DNA from: Bacillota bacterium
GTDB lineage: Bacteria; Bacillota; Sulfobacillia; RBS10-35; JAJYVN01
Assembly (NCBI GenBank): GCA_021803205.1
Contig: JAJZMB010000029.1
Span: 1,765-65,764 of the forward strand
Direction: 5' to 3'
Length of the DNA stretch: 64,000 nt
Position 1 is the stretch's first letter. Every line of letters starts with the position of its first letter. Shown here piece by piece: positions 24,610-34,816 of the stretch. The notes below the pieces were generated by a model. The model was not told where the DNA came from. It did no database searches and saw only the letters and a list, made by a program, of their open reading frames with translations. The position numbers and the translations under genes were made by a program.

Positions 24610-24692
24610 GGTGATGACCCGGGAGGACGCTGCGCAAGTCCGCTCGGCGCGCTTGCATCGCCCCGAGCCATCCGCACTCCACGCCCCGTGGG

Positions 24693-24783
24693 GTCGCCAG
24701 CCGTTCTTGCAGCTCCCTCAAACTCCGGTTTCTTGTCCCCCGACGTTTCCGAAGACGAGCACATCGCGAGCAGCGGGTTTTGC
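24693..24783 (-). repeat. Intergenic repeat, copy U6, convergent with U5
   Basis: Reverse complement reads GCAAAACCCGCTGCTCGCG...CGTCGGGGGACAAGAAACCGGAG...GCAAGAACGG. It starts 10 nt after the dnaK stop. A solo end-type hairpin (GCAAGTCCGCTCGGCGCGCTTGC, about 24633-24655) lies between U5 and U6. Confidence 0.7.
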
Positions 24784-24792
24784 AACGTCGTA

Positions 24793-26685
24793 CTAGGCCC
24801 CGCCCTTGACATCGTAGTCGGCATCCACGACCTTCTCACCGCCGGAGGCGGCGTCGCCGGCCGGACCGTCCGGGGCACCCGCGGCACCGGTCTTCTGGTA
24901 CATGGCGGCTCCGACTTCGAGGAGCAACCGCTGCAGGGCGTCCGACTCGCGGCGCATCTCCTCTGGGTCGTCACGGGTGGCGGCCAAGCGCACCTTCTCG
25001 GCCTGTTCCTTCACGGCGGCGGCCTTGCCGCCATCGACCTTATCGCCGAGCTCCTTCAGCGTCTTCTCCGCATTGTACACAAGAGCGTCCGAGGCGTTGC
25101 GGGCCTCGATGAGCTCCTGCCGCTTCTTGTCTTCCTCCGCGTGCGCCTCCGCCTCGCGCACCATGCGCTGAATCTCCTGTTCCGCAAGCCCACCGTGGCC
25201 CTGGATCGTGATCTTCTGCGACTTGCCCGTCGCTTCGTCCTTGGCCGAGACGTTCAGGATCCCGTTGACGTCGATATCGAAGGTGACCTGGATGTGCGGA
25301 GCACCGCGCGGCGCGGGCGGGATGCCGTCCAGGATAAAGCGGCCGAGCGACTTGTTGTCCGTGGCCATGGGCCGCTCACCCTGGAGGACGTGCACCTCAA
25401 CCTGCGTCTGGCCGTCGGCGGCCGTGGAAAAGGTCTGCGAGCGCGACGTCGGAATGGTGGTGTTGCGCTCGATGATGCGGGTGAACACTCCGCCGAGGGT
25501 CTCGATGCCGAGGGAGAGCGGGGTGACGTCGAGCAGCAGGACGTCCTTCACCTCGCCGCCAAGGACACCGGCCTGCACCGCCGCGCCCAGGGCGACCACC
25601 TCGTCCGGATTGATGCCCTTGAACGGCTCCTTGCCAAACAGGCGTTTGCAGGCATCCTGCACCGCGGGGATCCGGGTGCTGCCGCCCACCAGCAGGATCT
25701 TGTCGATCTTGGACGCATCGCACCCGGCGTCCTCCATCGCCCGTCGGGAAGGCCCCATGGTGGCCTCAACCAGATCGGCCGTCAACTCGTTGAAACGGGC
25801 GCGCGTCAATGTCATGTCCAGGTGTTTGGGCCCCTGGGCGTCGGCGGTGATGAACGGAAGGTTGATGTTTGTCTGCAGGACGCTGGACAACTCGATCTTA
25901 GCCTTCTCGGCCGCCTCCTTGAGCCGCTGCAGCGCCATGCGGTCCTTGCGCAAATCGATCCCCTGCTCACGCCGGAACTCCTCGGCGATATGGTCCATCA
26001 CGCGCTGATCAAAATCGTCGCCGCCCAGATGGTTGTTCCCGGAAGTCGCCTTGACCTCGAAGACACCGTCGCCGAGTTCGAGGAGTGAGACATCGAAAGT
26101 ACCTCCGCCGAGATCGAAGACCAGCACCGTGTGGTCCTCGCCCTTGTCGACCCCGTAGGCCAGCGCCGAAGCCGTCGGTTCATTGATGATGCGCAGGACC
26201 TCAAGGCCGGCGATGCGACCAGCGTCCTTGGTCGCCTGGCGCTGGGCGTCGTTGAAATACGCCGGGACAGTGATCACGGCCTGTTCGACCTTCTCACCGA
26301 GGTAGGCCTCGGCATCGGCCTTCAGTTTCCCGAGGATCATCGCTGAAATCTCCTCGGGCGAGTACTGCTTGTCGCGAACCGAGACGCGCGCCATGCCGTC
26401 CCGGCCAGCCACCACCCGGTAGGGGACGCGCCCGGCTTCCTGGGTGACCTCGCTCTCGCGCCGACCCATGAAGCGTTTGATGGAGAAGATGGTGTTTTCG
26501 GGGTTGGTGATGGCCTGCCGCTTGGCGACCTGCCCGACCAGCCGCTCGCCATCCTTGGTGAAGGCGACAACCGAAGGCGTCAGGCGGCTGCCCTCCGCGT
26601 TCGCAATGACGACGGGCTCGCCGCCTTCCATCACCGCCACCACGGAATTGGTCGTTCCGAGGTCGATTCCGATGATCTTGCCCAT
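24793..26685 (-). CDS. dnaK: Molecular chaperone DnaK (Hsp70)
   Basis: [18 protein letters not shown]..., [10 protein letters not shown] and [14 protein letters not shown]. 630 aa. Confidence 0.97.
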   Translation of the reverse strand: MGKIIGIDLGTTNSVVAVMEGGEPVVIANAEGSRLTPSVVAFTKDGERLVGQVAKRQAITNPENTIFSIKRFMGRRESEVTQEAGRVPYRVVAGRDGMARVSVRDKQYSPEEISAMILGKLKADAEAYLGEKVEQAVITVPAYFNDAQRQATKDAGRIAGLEVLRIINEPTASALAYGVDKGEDHTVLVFDLGGGTFDVSLLELGDGVFEVKATSGNNHLGGDDFDQRVMDHIAEEFRREQGIDLRKDRMALQRLKEAAEKAKIELSSVLQTNINLPFITADAQGPKHLDMTLTRARFNELTADLVEATMGPSRRAMEDAGCDASKIDKILLVGGSTRIPAVQDACKRLFGKEPFKGINPDEVVALGAAVQAGVLGGEVKDVLLLDVTPLSLGIETLGGVFTRIIERNTTIPTSRSQTFSTAADGQTQVEVHVLQGERPMATDNKSLGRFILDGIPPAPRGAPHIQVTFDIDVNGILNVSAKDEATGKSQKITIQGHGGLAEQEIQRMVREAEAHAEEDKKRQELIEARNASDALVYNAEKTLKELGDKVDGGKAAAVKEQAEKVRLAATRDDPEEMRRESDALQRLLLEVGAAMYQKTGAAGAPDGPAGDAASGGEKVVDADYDVKGGA

Positions 26686-27275
26686 CAGCGCTCCCCTTCT
26701 TTCGCCGCGTCCACCGCTGCTCCAACTCCGTCGGCTCCGGCGGGCGGCTCGGATGCCTCCGCCGCGACCCGGACCATGGCGGGACGCAACACCTGGTCAC
26801 GCAACAGATATCCTTTCCGGTATTCCTCCACCACCGTCCCCGGAGCGGCATCCGCCGCCGGCCCCCTCGCCACGGCCTCGTGGCGGGCGGGATCGAAGGC
26901 TTGCCCGAGGGAGGTCATGGCCGTCACGCCGGCACCACCGAGCACCGTTCCGAACTGCCGCAGCGTCATCTCCACGCCCTGGCGCACGGCGACCGCGTCT
27001 CCCGCCGCAACCATGGCGCGTTCCAGGTTATCCACCACCGGCAGCAGTTGCACGATGAAGGCGGCGACGGCGGCCTCACCCCAGCGCGCCTGATCCTGCA
27101 CCGTCCGACGGCGATAGTTGTCGAAGTCAGCCTTGAGGCGGATGAGGTTCTGCAGGTATTCCTCCGCCTTGCCCGTCTCCTGCCGCTCGCTCCCGAGCGC
27201 GTCCTTCCCGTTGCCCTCCGCGGGCGGTTCCACCTCCGTCCGCTCGGCCTCCCCTGCAGTCTGCTCTTCGTTCAT
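26685..27275 (-). CDS. grpE: Nucleotide exchange factor GrpE
   Basis: [12 protein letters not shown]...C-terminal [23 protein letters not shown]. The stop overlaps the dnaK start. Confidence 0.9.
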   Translation of the reverse strand: MNEEQTAGEAERTEVEPPAEGNGKDALGSERQETGKAEEYLQNLIRLKADFDNYRRRTVQDQARWGEAAVAAFIVQLLPVVDNLERAMVAAGDAVAVRQGVEMTLRQFGTVLGGAGVTAMTSLGQAFDPARHEAVARGPAADAAPGTVVEEYRKGYLLRDQVLRPAMVRVAAEASEPPAGADGVGAAVDAAKEGER

Positions 27276-27383
27276 GGCAGCCTCCCCAAAGCCGTGCCGC
27301 GGTCCGGGCCTCCTCCCGCGTTCCGGACGCCCCCCGTCCGGCCGAATGCCGCCGAGGCATACCAGGACCGCTGGAATATTGTA

Positions 27384-28613
27384 TCAGCGGACCGGCTCCG
27401 CCCTGCCCTTGCCCCGTACCCGGCGTACTCGCCGCCCGCCCCCCCCGCGCACGGACGGGAGGGCATCGGGTTCCGGCGCGACCTGCCCGGCTTCGGACCC
27501 GGCATCGGCCGGAGACGGAGCGGCGGCGGCCGGAGCATCGGTCTCGCCCGGGGACGGCGGGGCGCTGAAGCCCGGAAAGACGGAAGACTCGGCGGCATCC
27601 CGGCCGAGCGCGCTCGTCACCGCACCGGCGACACCCTCGACCACGCGCATCACCCGCGCGTAATCCATGCGGCGCGGCCCGAGGACGCCGATACGGCCCA
27701 GGACGCCGCCGGGTGCCGCATAGACCGCGGTGACGAGGCTGCAGTTGGCCATCTCCTCGATCTGCATCTCCCGTCCGATGGCAACCTCGACACCGGCCAG
27801 CCGGTGCTTGGGCACCCCAAGCATCTCCTCCAGGAGCTGCTCGCCCTCCAAGGCCTGCAAAACCACCTTGGCCTTGGCCACCTCGCGGAACTCCGGCTGT
27901 TTCAGCAGGTTCGTCGCCCCGCCGACCACCAGCCGTTCGGGGGGCTCCGTGCCGTCTCCGAGCAGGGCCTTGACCTGGTCGACAATCTCACCGAGTTGCC
28001 CGATCTCGGCCGCGATCGCCCGCAGGGATCCCTGGCCCAACTCTCGCAGGGGTATCCCCGCCAAGCGGTCGGACAGGGCGCGACCGATACGCTCCAGGTC
28101 GTGCGCGGACGGCGTGTGCGCGAACTCCACAAGTTTGGTCCGCACGCGTCCATCGTCGGCGACCAGGATGATCACCGCCTGCGACCCGCGCACCGGCACG
28201 ACCTGCAGGGCCGCGAGGCGTTCCTCCGGTCCGGACGGTTGGCTGGCCAACGCCAGGAAATTGGTCGTCTCCGCCAGGAGATGCGCAGCCTGGCGCACCA
28301 CGTCCTCGATACGATCCGCCCTGACGGCCAGGACCTGGCGCACGGCCTCCGCGTCCAGCCCCGCACGCTCGTGCTCACCCACAAGCGTGTCGACATAATA
28401 CCGGTAGCCTTTATCGGAGGGCACACGCCCCGCCGACGTGTGCGGCTGCTCCAAATAGCCCATGTCCTCGAGGTCGGCCATCTCATTGCGAATGGTGGCC
28501 GGGCTGACACCGAGGTTGTACTTACGGGCGACGGTGCGCGACCCCACCGGCTCCGCCGTGTGGATGTAGTCGTCGACGATGGCCTGCAGCACCCGACGCT
28601 TCCGCTCGTCCAT
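27384..28613 (-). CDS. hrcA: Heat-inducible transcription repressor HrcA, with a low-complexity C-terminal extension of about 65 aa
   Basis: MDERKRRVLQAIVDDYIHTAEPVGSRTVARKYNLGVSPATIRNEMADLE from ATG 28613, just downstream of CIRCE. The track ORF upstream of this point is an artefact. Confidence 0.9.
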   Translation of the reverse strand: MDERKRRVLQAIVDDYIHTAEPVGSRTVARKYNLGVSPATIRNEMADLEDMGYLEQPHTSAGRVPSDKGYRYYVDTLVGEHERAGLDAEAVRQVLAVRADRIEDVVRQAAHLLAETTNFLALASQPSGPEERLAALQVVPVRGSQAVIILVADDGRVRTKLVEFAHTPSAHDLERIGRALSDRLAGIPLRELGQGSLRAIAAEIGQLGEIVDQVKALLGDGTEPPERLVVGGATNLLKQPEFREVAKAKVVLQALEGEQLLEEMLGVPKHRLAGVEVAIGREMQIEEMANCSLVTAVYAAPGGVLGRIGVLGPRRMDYARVMRVVEGVAGAVTSALGRDAAESSVFPGFSAPPSPGETDAPAAAAPSPADAGSEAGQVAPEPDALPSVRGGGGRRVRRVRGKGRAEPVR

Positions 28614-28642
28614 CGGTCCACCCCCTCCGCCCCCGGCGGATG

Positions 28643-28669
28643 TTAGCACTCCAATGCGATGAGTGCTAA
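28643..28669 (-). promoter_or_regulatory. CIRCE operator of the hrcA-grpE-dnaK-dnaJ operon
   Basis: Perfect TTAGCACTC-N9-GAGTGCTAA, 30 nt upstream of the hrcA start. Confidence 0.9.
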
Positions 28670-28679
28670 CAGCGGCTGG

Positions 28680-28709
28680 AACATACCATTCCCCACCGGA
28701 AAGTGTCAA
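28680..28709 (-). promoter_or_regulatory. Sigma-A type promoter of the hrcA operon
   Basis: Minus strand reads TTGACA-18 nt-TATGTT, directly upstream of CIRCE. Confidence 0.6.
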
Positions 28710-28907
28710 TCGCACCCCGCCGGAGCAGCAGCGGCGTGCCGCGAAACAGCACGAATGGCCTTCGACACCGTCGGACGTATTGTCCGCGGCGCCCGGGACA
28801 TACTCGCCTGGATCCACCCTCGTCACCGGGCCGAGGCCGGATGCCCGGAGCCGCATGTACGGCCCGCCGGGAGCGCGCAGCTGCGACCCGGGTCGGGGCG
28901 ATCCGGG

Positions 28908-29528
28908 ATGGATCAGCCGGCGAGACGGGCCGGCGCGCCTCTTGGAGGCGAGAGCCCCTTGGAACGAACCGGAGGTGGACGGGCCTTGCGTGTCACGGCT
29001 GTTCTGGCCTGGACCCTGGTGGGCGTGATCTTGGCCGGCTGCGTACAGTGGGTGCAGGACGGCGCACCGGTTCTCGCCGCTCGGCTGCCCGGCTGGGCGC
29101 TCCCACTCCTGCCCGTGGCGGCCTTTCTCATTTTCGGGGCGTTCCTGGTAACCGCCTACGGAGGCTCCCCCGGCATGGGTCAAGGCATCCTCGGCGCCGT
29201 CGCCGCGCTGCTGGTCGCAGGCCTGCCGCTGACCTATGCCTACGGCCTCGCCCAGCGTCACGGCCTCCCGGTGAACGCCGGACCGATCGGCGCGCTTCTC
29301 GCCGGCTCGTATGCACGTGGAGCCGCCACCCTCTGGCTCCCGACGGCCATAGCGGCGGCACTGCGGAAACCGCGCGTCGCGATCGCCCGTCCGGGCCGTC
29401 CGACCGCGGGGGAGGCCGTATTCACCCAGGCGGACGCGCCCCCCTTCTGGACCCCGGCGACCGCCACCTCGCCGGGAGCGGATGCGTCGCAGGTCGCCTA
29501 CACGCCGGGCGAGGGTGAGCGCGCATAG
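28908..29528 (+). CDS. Hypothetical integral membrane protein (about 4 TM)
   Basis: Strong third-position GC bias and TM segments (VLAWTLVGVILAG, ALPLLPVAAFLIFGAFLV, ILGAVAALLVAGLPL, IGALLAGSY). The start is uncertain (ATG 28908 or 28755); the track start at 28659 lies inside CIRCE. Confidence 0.5.
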   Translation: MDQPARRAGAPLGGESPLERTGGGRALRVTAVLAWTLVGVILAGCVQWVQDGAPVLAARLPGWALPLLPVAAFLIFGAFLVTAYGGSPGMGQGILGAVAALLVAGLPLTYAYGLAQRHGLPVNAGPIGALLAGSYARGAATLWLPTAIAAALRKPRVAIARPGRPTAGEAVFTQADAPPFWTPATATSPGADASQVAYTPGEGERA

Positions 29529-29818
29529 ACCACCCGGCCCTCCTGCAGCGCGCCGGCAACAAGTTCGGTGCCTGCGGCCAGGGCCGCCAGTTCGTCCTCG
29601 GTGTAGGCGAGCATATCGCACGGCAGAACCGGTCGGGTAACCGCGTACAGCCGGCCGAGTCGCTCCACGAACGTGGCGCCGTCCGGGGGTACGACGACCA
29701 GGAGATCGAGATCGGATGCCGGCCCCACATCGCCGCGGGCGAACGAACCGTACACAATCACCCGCAGGGCCCCGTCCGCCGCCAGAACACGCACCAGACG
29801 GTCGAGTTCCTGGGCCAA
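29498..29818 (-). CDS. Nucleotidyltransferase domain protein (Pol-beta superfamily, MNT-like)
   Basis: VIVYGSFARGDVGPASDLDLLVVVP is the GS-X9-DxD nucleotidyltransferase motif. The start is unresolved (TTG 29818 proposed, no good RBS). The 3' end overlaps the convergent membrane-protein gene by about 30 nt. Confidence 0.5.
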   Translation of the reverse strand: MAQELDRLVRVLAADGALRVIVYGSFARGDVGPASDLDLLVVVPPDGATFVERLGRLYAVTRPVLPCDMLAYTEDELAALAAGTELVAGALQEGRVVYARSPSPGV

Positions 29819-30273
29819 CGCCGTATGCCGTTGTGCGGCGACGGAACTAGCCGTGGTCGTCCTCGCCTCCCAGCCCGGCGCCCGGGCGGTGCAATCCAAG
29901 AAGGGAGGGACGGGCGGGGACAGCGAATGCTCCAGACGTACCGCGTCCCACACAACACACGACCAATAGATGTGGTATGCGGGCCGCACACCGGGGTGGA
30001 TCTTCGCCCCACACCGGCGCATCCCCTGCCCCGGCGCGGCCATCAAACGATGGGGCGCCATTCCGGGGGGCCTTCGGCCGGAAGGCTTGGCGGCCGCTGC
30101 GGCGCCCGCTGGCCCGACGGCACCCTCACCTGCGCGACACGGATTCCCGTCCCCGGGGCCCGGGCGGCGCTGACGCTGGCCATCGACGGTCGTGCGCCGT
30201 CATTTCTGCTGGCTGCTGCCTTGGCCTGACGGCCAGGGCCGCTGCCGGAGGGCCGCGCGACCCTGGCCCGTCC

Positions 30274-31434
30274 TCAGACGAAGGCCGAGAACGCGAGGTT
30301 GCCAACCAGCACGGCGTCGGGCCGGAGCGCCAGACGATCGTCCGTGCGCCGACAGAGACCTTGCTCCACCAACCGGGCGGGGATGCCGGGAAACGCCGCA
30401 TCCAGGGTCTGACCATGGCGGGCGGCATAGGCGCGAAGATCGACGCCCTCCAGCAGGCGCAACCCGAGAAAGGCCGTTTCGCTCCGCTCGCGCGCCGCAT
30501 CGGCGGGCTGGTGTTCGGCGATCCAGGTGCCGGCACCGGCGGCGATCCCGTCCCGGTATGCCGCCAGCCGGACTGTGTTCGCCCATCGCTGCAGTCGCCA
30601 GTGGGAATGGGCACCGATACCGAGGCCGAGGTAGTCCGCGTTCTCCCAATATAGAAGGTTGTGCCTACAGCGCCGATCCGGCGCGGCGAAGTTGCTGATC
30701 TCGTAGTGCTCCAGTCCCGCCTGGGCACAGAGCCGGCACGCGCAGTCGAACTGCTCCGCCGCCACCTCGTCGCTGGGCAGCGCCAGCGTTCCGTGGGAGG
30801 CGCGGAGATGGAAGGGCGTCCCCTCCTCTATCTGCAGCGCGTACACCGACAGATGCTCCGGCCGGAGTTCCAGCACCCGGCACACACTCTCTTCGAAATC
30901 CGCACACGACTGTTGCGGCAATCCGTACATCAGATCGACGTTGAGATTGCCAAAACCCGCCTCGCGGGCGGCGGTGAAGGCCTCCCGGAACGCGGCAAAG
31001 GTATGCCGTCGCCCGAGCGCCGTCAGCAGCCGGTCCTGTACCGCCTGCAGGCCGATGGAGAGCCGGTTGATCCCCGCCCGGCGCAGGACGGCCAAACCTG
31101 CGTGCCGCACCGTGCCGGGGTTGCACTCGATCGTCACCTCCCCCTCCGGCGGCAGTCGGAAGCGGGCCGCGAGCGCGCGGTGCAGCGAGGCCAGATCATC
31201 GGCCGGCAGCACCGTGGGCGTGCCGCCGCCGTAGAATGCCGAAACCGGTGGCTCAGGGCGCAGCCGGCCGACCCAGTACTCCCCCTCGGCGCGCACCGCG
31301 GCCACGTACGGGCCGTGCCACAGCGCGACGCGCCGACCGCCACCAACCGCGACGAAGTCACAGTAGTCGCACTTATAGGGGCAGAAGGGGATGTGGACGT
31401 ACAGTCCCCAGGGAAGGGACGCGGCCGCGTCCAA
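30274..31434 (-). CDS. hemW: Radical SAM heme chaperone HemW (HemN-like, oxygen-independent coproporphyrinogen oxidase family)
   Basis: LYVHIPFCPYKCDYCDF radical-SAM motif, then GGGTPT. lepA-hemW-hrcA synteny matches Bacillus. Confidence 0.9.
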   Translation of the reverse strand: MDAAASLPWGLYVHIPFCPYKCDYCDFVAVGGGRRVALWHGPYVAAVRAEGEYWVGRLRPEPPVSAFYGGGTPTVLPADDLASLHRALAARFRLPPEGEVTIECNPGTVRHAGLAVLRRAGINRLSIGLQAVQDRLLTALGRRHTFAAFREAFTAAREAGFGNLNVDLMYGLPQQSCADFEESVCRVLELRPEHLSVYALQIEEGTPFHLRASHGTLALPSDEVAAEQFDCACRLCAQAGLEHYEISNFAAPDRRCRHNLLYWENADYLGLGIGAHSHWRLQRWANTVRLAAYRDGIAAGAGTWIAEHQPADAARERSETAFLGLRLLEGVDLRAYAARHGQTLDAAFPGIPARLVEQGLCRRTDDRLALRPDAVLVGNLAFSAFV

Positions 31435-31611
31435 CGGAGGCCCTCCTCACCATGGCCCAGGCTGGCGGGGCGGCGTGCTGCGGGATGCCCTGCGCGCACC
31501 GCGTCTCCCCTGCCTGCCATCCGCTCCTTGGAAGCTTACACCCTCTCCGGCGCCGGGAACAGGGGACCGGAGCCTGTGGGCGCTGCGCCACAGGAGTCCG
31601 ACGGCGTTCGC

Positions 31612-31956
31612 CTACCTCGGGCTGCGGCCCACCAGCCCTCTGGTGAGCAAGGCGTCATGAAAGAAGTATTCGGCCACGGCGACCGCCGCGCCGATGCCGA
31701 GCAGCGCCCAGGACGGACCGGCGCCCACCACCACCCCGACCGCCGCCATACCAAGGATCAGGTCGGCCGGGCACGCTGCGGCCGGTCCGGCCGCCGGCAG
31801 CACCGCGAGGTCCACCGTCAGGAAGGAAACCACCCAGAACAGGACGGCAGCGTCCACAACACTGAACAGCGAGACCCGGTGTACCAGCGGCAGCAGCAGA
31901 CCGAACAGGGAGAGTTGCAGGGCGAACTTGATACCGAGGGGCAGTGCGAACCGCAT
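31612..31956 (-). CDS. Small membrane protein, DUF2512/YndM-like (paralogue of 39214..39564)
   Basis: MRFALPLGIKFALQLSLFGLLLPL... 114 aa with about 4 TM. GGGGGGAGGA lies 7 nt upstream of ATG 31956. The C-terminal AVAEYFFHDALL resembles ATAEIVYHQYLL in the paralogue. Confidence 0.6.
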   Translation of the reverse strand: MRFALPLGIKFALQLSLFGLLLPLVHRVSLFSVVDAAVLFWVVSFLTVDLAVLPAAGPAAACPADLILGMAAVGVVVGAGPSWALLGIGAAVAVAEYFFHDALLTRGLVGRSPR

Positions 31957-32255
31957 GCGCCGATCCTCCCCCCGCGACACCCCGGCAACCGGCCCGCACG
32001 GGTCGCCGAGCCGCCAGCGCCGGCAACAAGGCCGTCACGGGACGCCGGTCACCCGCCCCGGGCACACCCGGACCACCGGCGGGGCACCCCGAGCGGGATC
32101 GTGCCCCGCAGCGCCTCCAGGCACGCAGGCACAGCCGGCATGCGCCGGCCCGACCGGCACGATCGGCGACAACCGCGACCGCTGGAAGACCAAGCACGGG
32201 CAGGAGATACGGGGCAGGGCCCCCGGTCCGGCGCCAGCCTGCCCCGTGCCTCCGT

Positions 32256-32486
32256 CTACGGGTTCCGCGGGCCCGGGGCGCCGGCCAGGCGTTGCTCGGC
32301 CAGTTCAATCATCCGTCGCACCATGTGACCGCCGACGGCACCACACTGACGCGATGGCATGTCACCCCAATAGCCGTCCGCCGGGGGAGTCACGCCGATT
32401 TCCTGCGCGATCTCGTATTTGAACTGGTCCAGCGCCTGTTCCGCTCCGCGCACTAACGCCCGATGCGACGACGAACCGTTTGCCAT
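32256..32486 (-). CDS. Alpha/beta-type small acid-soluble spore protein
   Basis: MANGSSSHRALVRGAEQALDQFKYEIAQEIGV...GDMPSRQCGAVGGHMVRRMIELAEQRL. 76 aa with a GGGAGG RBS. The track ORF is over-extended. Confidence 0.9.
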   Translation of the reverse strand: MANGSSSHRALVRGAEQALDQFKYEIAQEIGVTPPADGYWGDMPSRQCGAVGGHMVRRMIELAEQRLAGAPGPRNP

Positions 32487-32858
32487 CTCCGACCTGCCTC
32501 CCTGTGGGGTGCCGGCAACAGTTTGGCCGGACGGTCCGGAAGATATCCCCGGCCGACCTGAAACTGCGTCCGCTGCCAGGGGCGGCCGCCGCGGAAGCCC
32601 TCTGCGCGCGGCACGGCCCGCGTGGTTCCTGCGTCCGGGCAGCGGGCACCGGCCGTGGTGGGGGGGCAACGCGCGTGGTACCGCGTCATGCCAGGATGAG
32701 ACCTGCGCCGCGGCGAGCCGGGAGCCCCCAGGCTTACCTGCTCGGGATCGACTTTGCCAGCCTCCTCCCAACCGGACCGCCGCCCCTGTGGATGAGCGAC
32801 GGCCCGCATTGTGAACGGAAAGCGGCGGCCCCGAGGACCGGCCGGCAGGCTTCCGCCT

Positions 32859-34667
32859 TCAGTCCTCAGCCACCTTGAGCACAGCCATGAACGCCTCCTG
32901 GGGAATGTCGACCGCCCCGACGGCCTTCATGCGCTTTTTGCCTTCCTTCTGCTTTTCCAACAGCTTGCGCTTGCGGGTGATGTCGCCGCCGTAGCATTTT
33001 GCCAGCACGTCCTTGCGCATCGGAGGAATGTTCTCCCGGGCGATGATCTTCCCGCCGATGGCGGCCTGAAGCGCCACCTCAAACTGTTGCCGGGGGATCA
33101 ACGCCCGCAGGCGTTCGATCAGCTTTCTGCCTCGCACTGCGGCCGTGCCGCGATGGACGATGCAGGAAAGGGCGTCGACCACGTCGCCTGCCACCAGGAT
33201 GTCAACCTTGACCATGTCGGCCGCTTCGTAACCCAGAAGTTCGTAGTCGAACGTGGCGTACCCTCGACTGCGGGATTTTAACTGGTCGAAAAAGTCGAAC
33301 ATGATCTCCATCAGGGGCAGGCGGTACTCCAGCCGAACCCGCGTCGGGTCCAGGTACTCCATCGCGGTCTGATCCCCGCGACGCTCCCGACAGAGTTCGA
33401 GCAGTGGTCCGAGGTGCTCCGCCGGGGTGAAGATCGACGCCCGGACGACGGGTTCCGCTATTTCAGTGATCACCGACCGGTCTGGGAGTTCGGCGGGGTT
33501 GTCGACATCGAGCACGGTTCCGTCCGTCCTGGTGACCCGGTAACACACCGACGGCGCGGTGGTGATCAGCAAGAGCCGGTATTCCCGCTCCAGCCGTTCC
33601 TGCACCACGTCCATGTGCAGCAGTCCGAGAAAGCCGCAGCGGAACCCAAACCCCAGGGCCGCTGACGTCTCCGCCGCGAAGGACAGGGCCGCGTCGTTGA
33701 GTTGCAGCTTCTCCAGGGCTTCGCGCAAGCGGCCGAAGTCGGCCGAGTCAATGGGGTAGACGCCGGCGAAGACCATCGGCTTAGCCGGGCGGTACCCGGG
33801 CAAGGGCTCGGCGGCGGGGCGCTGAGCAGAGGTGACGGTGTCCCCGACACGGCAGTCGGACACGTCACGCATCGCCGCAGCCAGATACCCCACCGCCCCT
33901 TGGGAGAGTTCCGCGATGGCGGCGCGCGCCGGCCGGAAGACGCCGAGTTCGGTAACGTCGAACGTACGGCCGGTGGCCATCAACCGAATGCGCTCACCCG
34001 CCCGGAGTATCCCGTCTAGGACGCGCACATAGGCGACCACGCCCTTATAGGCGTCGAAGGCCGAATCGAACACCAGCGCCCGCAGGGGTGCCGCCGCATC
34101 ACCCCGAGGGGGCGGCACCCGCTCCACAACCGCCTCCAGCAGTTCCTCGATCCCAATGCCCTCCTTGGCGGAGACGGCCAGAACCTCCTCGGCCAGGAAG
34201 CCGAGCCCCTCCAACTGGCTCCTCACCCGGGGGAGGTCGGCCGAGGGTAGATCGATCTTGTTGATGACCGGGAGGATGGCCAGACCCGCGTCGAGGGCGA
34301 GATAGAGGTTGGCGAGGGACTGCGCTTCCACCCCCTGCGTCGCATCCACGACGAGGATGGCCCCCTCGCAGGCGGCGAGGGAGCGGGACACCTCGTAATG
34401 GAAGTCGACGTGCCCGGGCGTGTCGATCAGGTTCAGGATGTAGGTGGGCCCGCTGCGCGCGGCATACTCCAGACGCACGGCCTGCGCCTTGATCGTGATG
34501 CCGCGCTCGCGTTCCAGCTCCATGGAGTCCAGCACCTGGTCCGCCATGTCCCGCTTGGCGATCGCGCCGGTGCGCTCGATCAGCCGGTCGGCAAGCGTGG
34601 ACTTGCCGTGGTCGATGTGGGCGATGATGCAGAAGTTGCGGATGCGGCTCTGGTGGTCGTCAGACAA
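32859..34667 (-). CDS. lepA: Elongation factor 4 (LepA)
   Basis: [35 protein letters not shown] and the LepA-specific C-terminus. The start is set at TTG 34667 (GGAG 7 nt upstream). The 36 upstream track codons have poor third-position GC. Confidence 0.95.
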   Translation of the reverse strand: MSDDHQSRIRNFCIIAHIDHGKSTLADRLIERTGAIAKRDMADQVLDSMELERERGITIKAQAVRLEYAARSGPTYILNLIDTPGHVDFHYEVSRSLAACEGAILVVDATQGVEAQSLANLYLALDAGLAILPVINKIDLPSADLPRVRSQLEGLGFLAEEVLAVSAKEGIGIEELLEAVVERVPPPRGDAAAPLRALVFDSAFDAYKGVVAYVRVLDGILRAGERIRLMATGRTFDVTELGVFRPARAAIAELSQGAVGYLAAAMRDVSDCRVGDTVTSAQRPAAEPLPGYRPAKPMVFAGVYPIDSADFGRLREALEKLQLNDAALSFAAETSAALGFGFRCGFLGLLHMDVVQERLEREYRLLLITTAPSVCYRVTRTDGTVLDVDNPAELPDRSVITEIAEPVVRASIFTPAEHLGPLLELCRERRGDQTAMEYLDPTRVRLEYRLPLMEIMFDFFDQLKSRSRGYATFDYELLGYEAADMVKVDILVAGDVVDALSCIVHRGTAAVRGRKLIERLRALIPRQQFEVALQAAIGGKIIARENIPPMRKDVLAKCYGGDITRKRKLLEKQKEGKKRMKAVGAVDIPQEAFMAVLKVAED

Positions 34668-34787
34668 GTTGTTGCTCCAGCCCTCCACGCGTCGGACCCG
34701 GCAAGGCCGGCTCGAATGGCTCCCGAGTCGTGGCGTACACGCCACGGACGCTGCAGAACAGACGATGCCGTCCACACGCCGGCTTGA

Positions 34788-34816
34788 AGTTTAGAGATCG
34801 GACACATGCTGCACAA
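34788..34816 (-). promoter_or_regulatory. Candidate sigma-A promoter upstream of lepA
   Basis: Minus strand reads TTGTGC-17 nt-TAAACT in a locally AT-richer patch. Confidence 0.35.

Noticed and set aside
28614-29621. Long N-terminal extensions in the ORF track for hrcA, and likewise for prmA, rsmE, era, pgpH, yqfC, korA, the response regulator, lepA and the SASP at 32256.
   Set aside because: The extensions run through operators or promoters (for example CIRCE) or through upstream genes, lack homology, and have poorer third-position GC. Internal starts with Shine-Dalgarno sequences, or stop/start overlaps, reproduce the canonical N-termini.
32487-32560. Sigma-G promoter upstream of the first SASP gene (GGATAT-18-CAAACTG).
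   Set aside because: Both boxes miss key consensus positions (GHATR and CATxxTA), so the match is much weaker than for the second SASP gene and spoVT.
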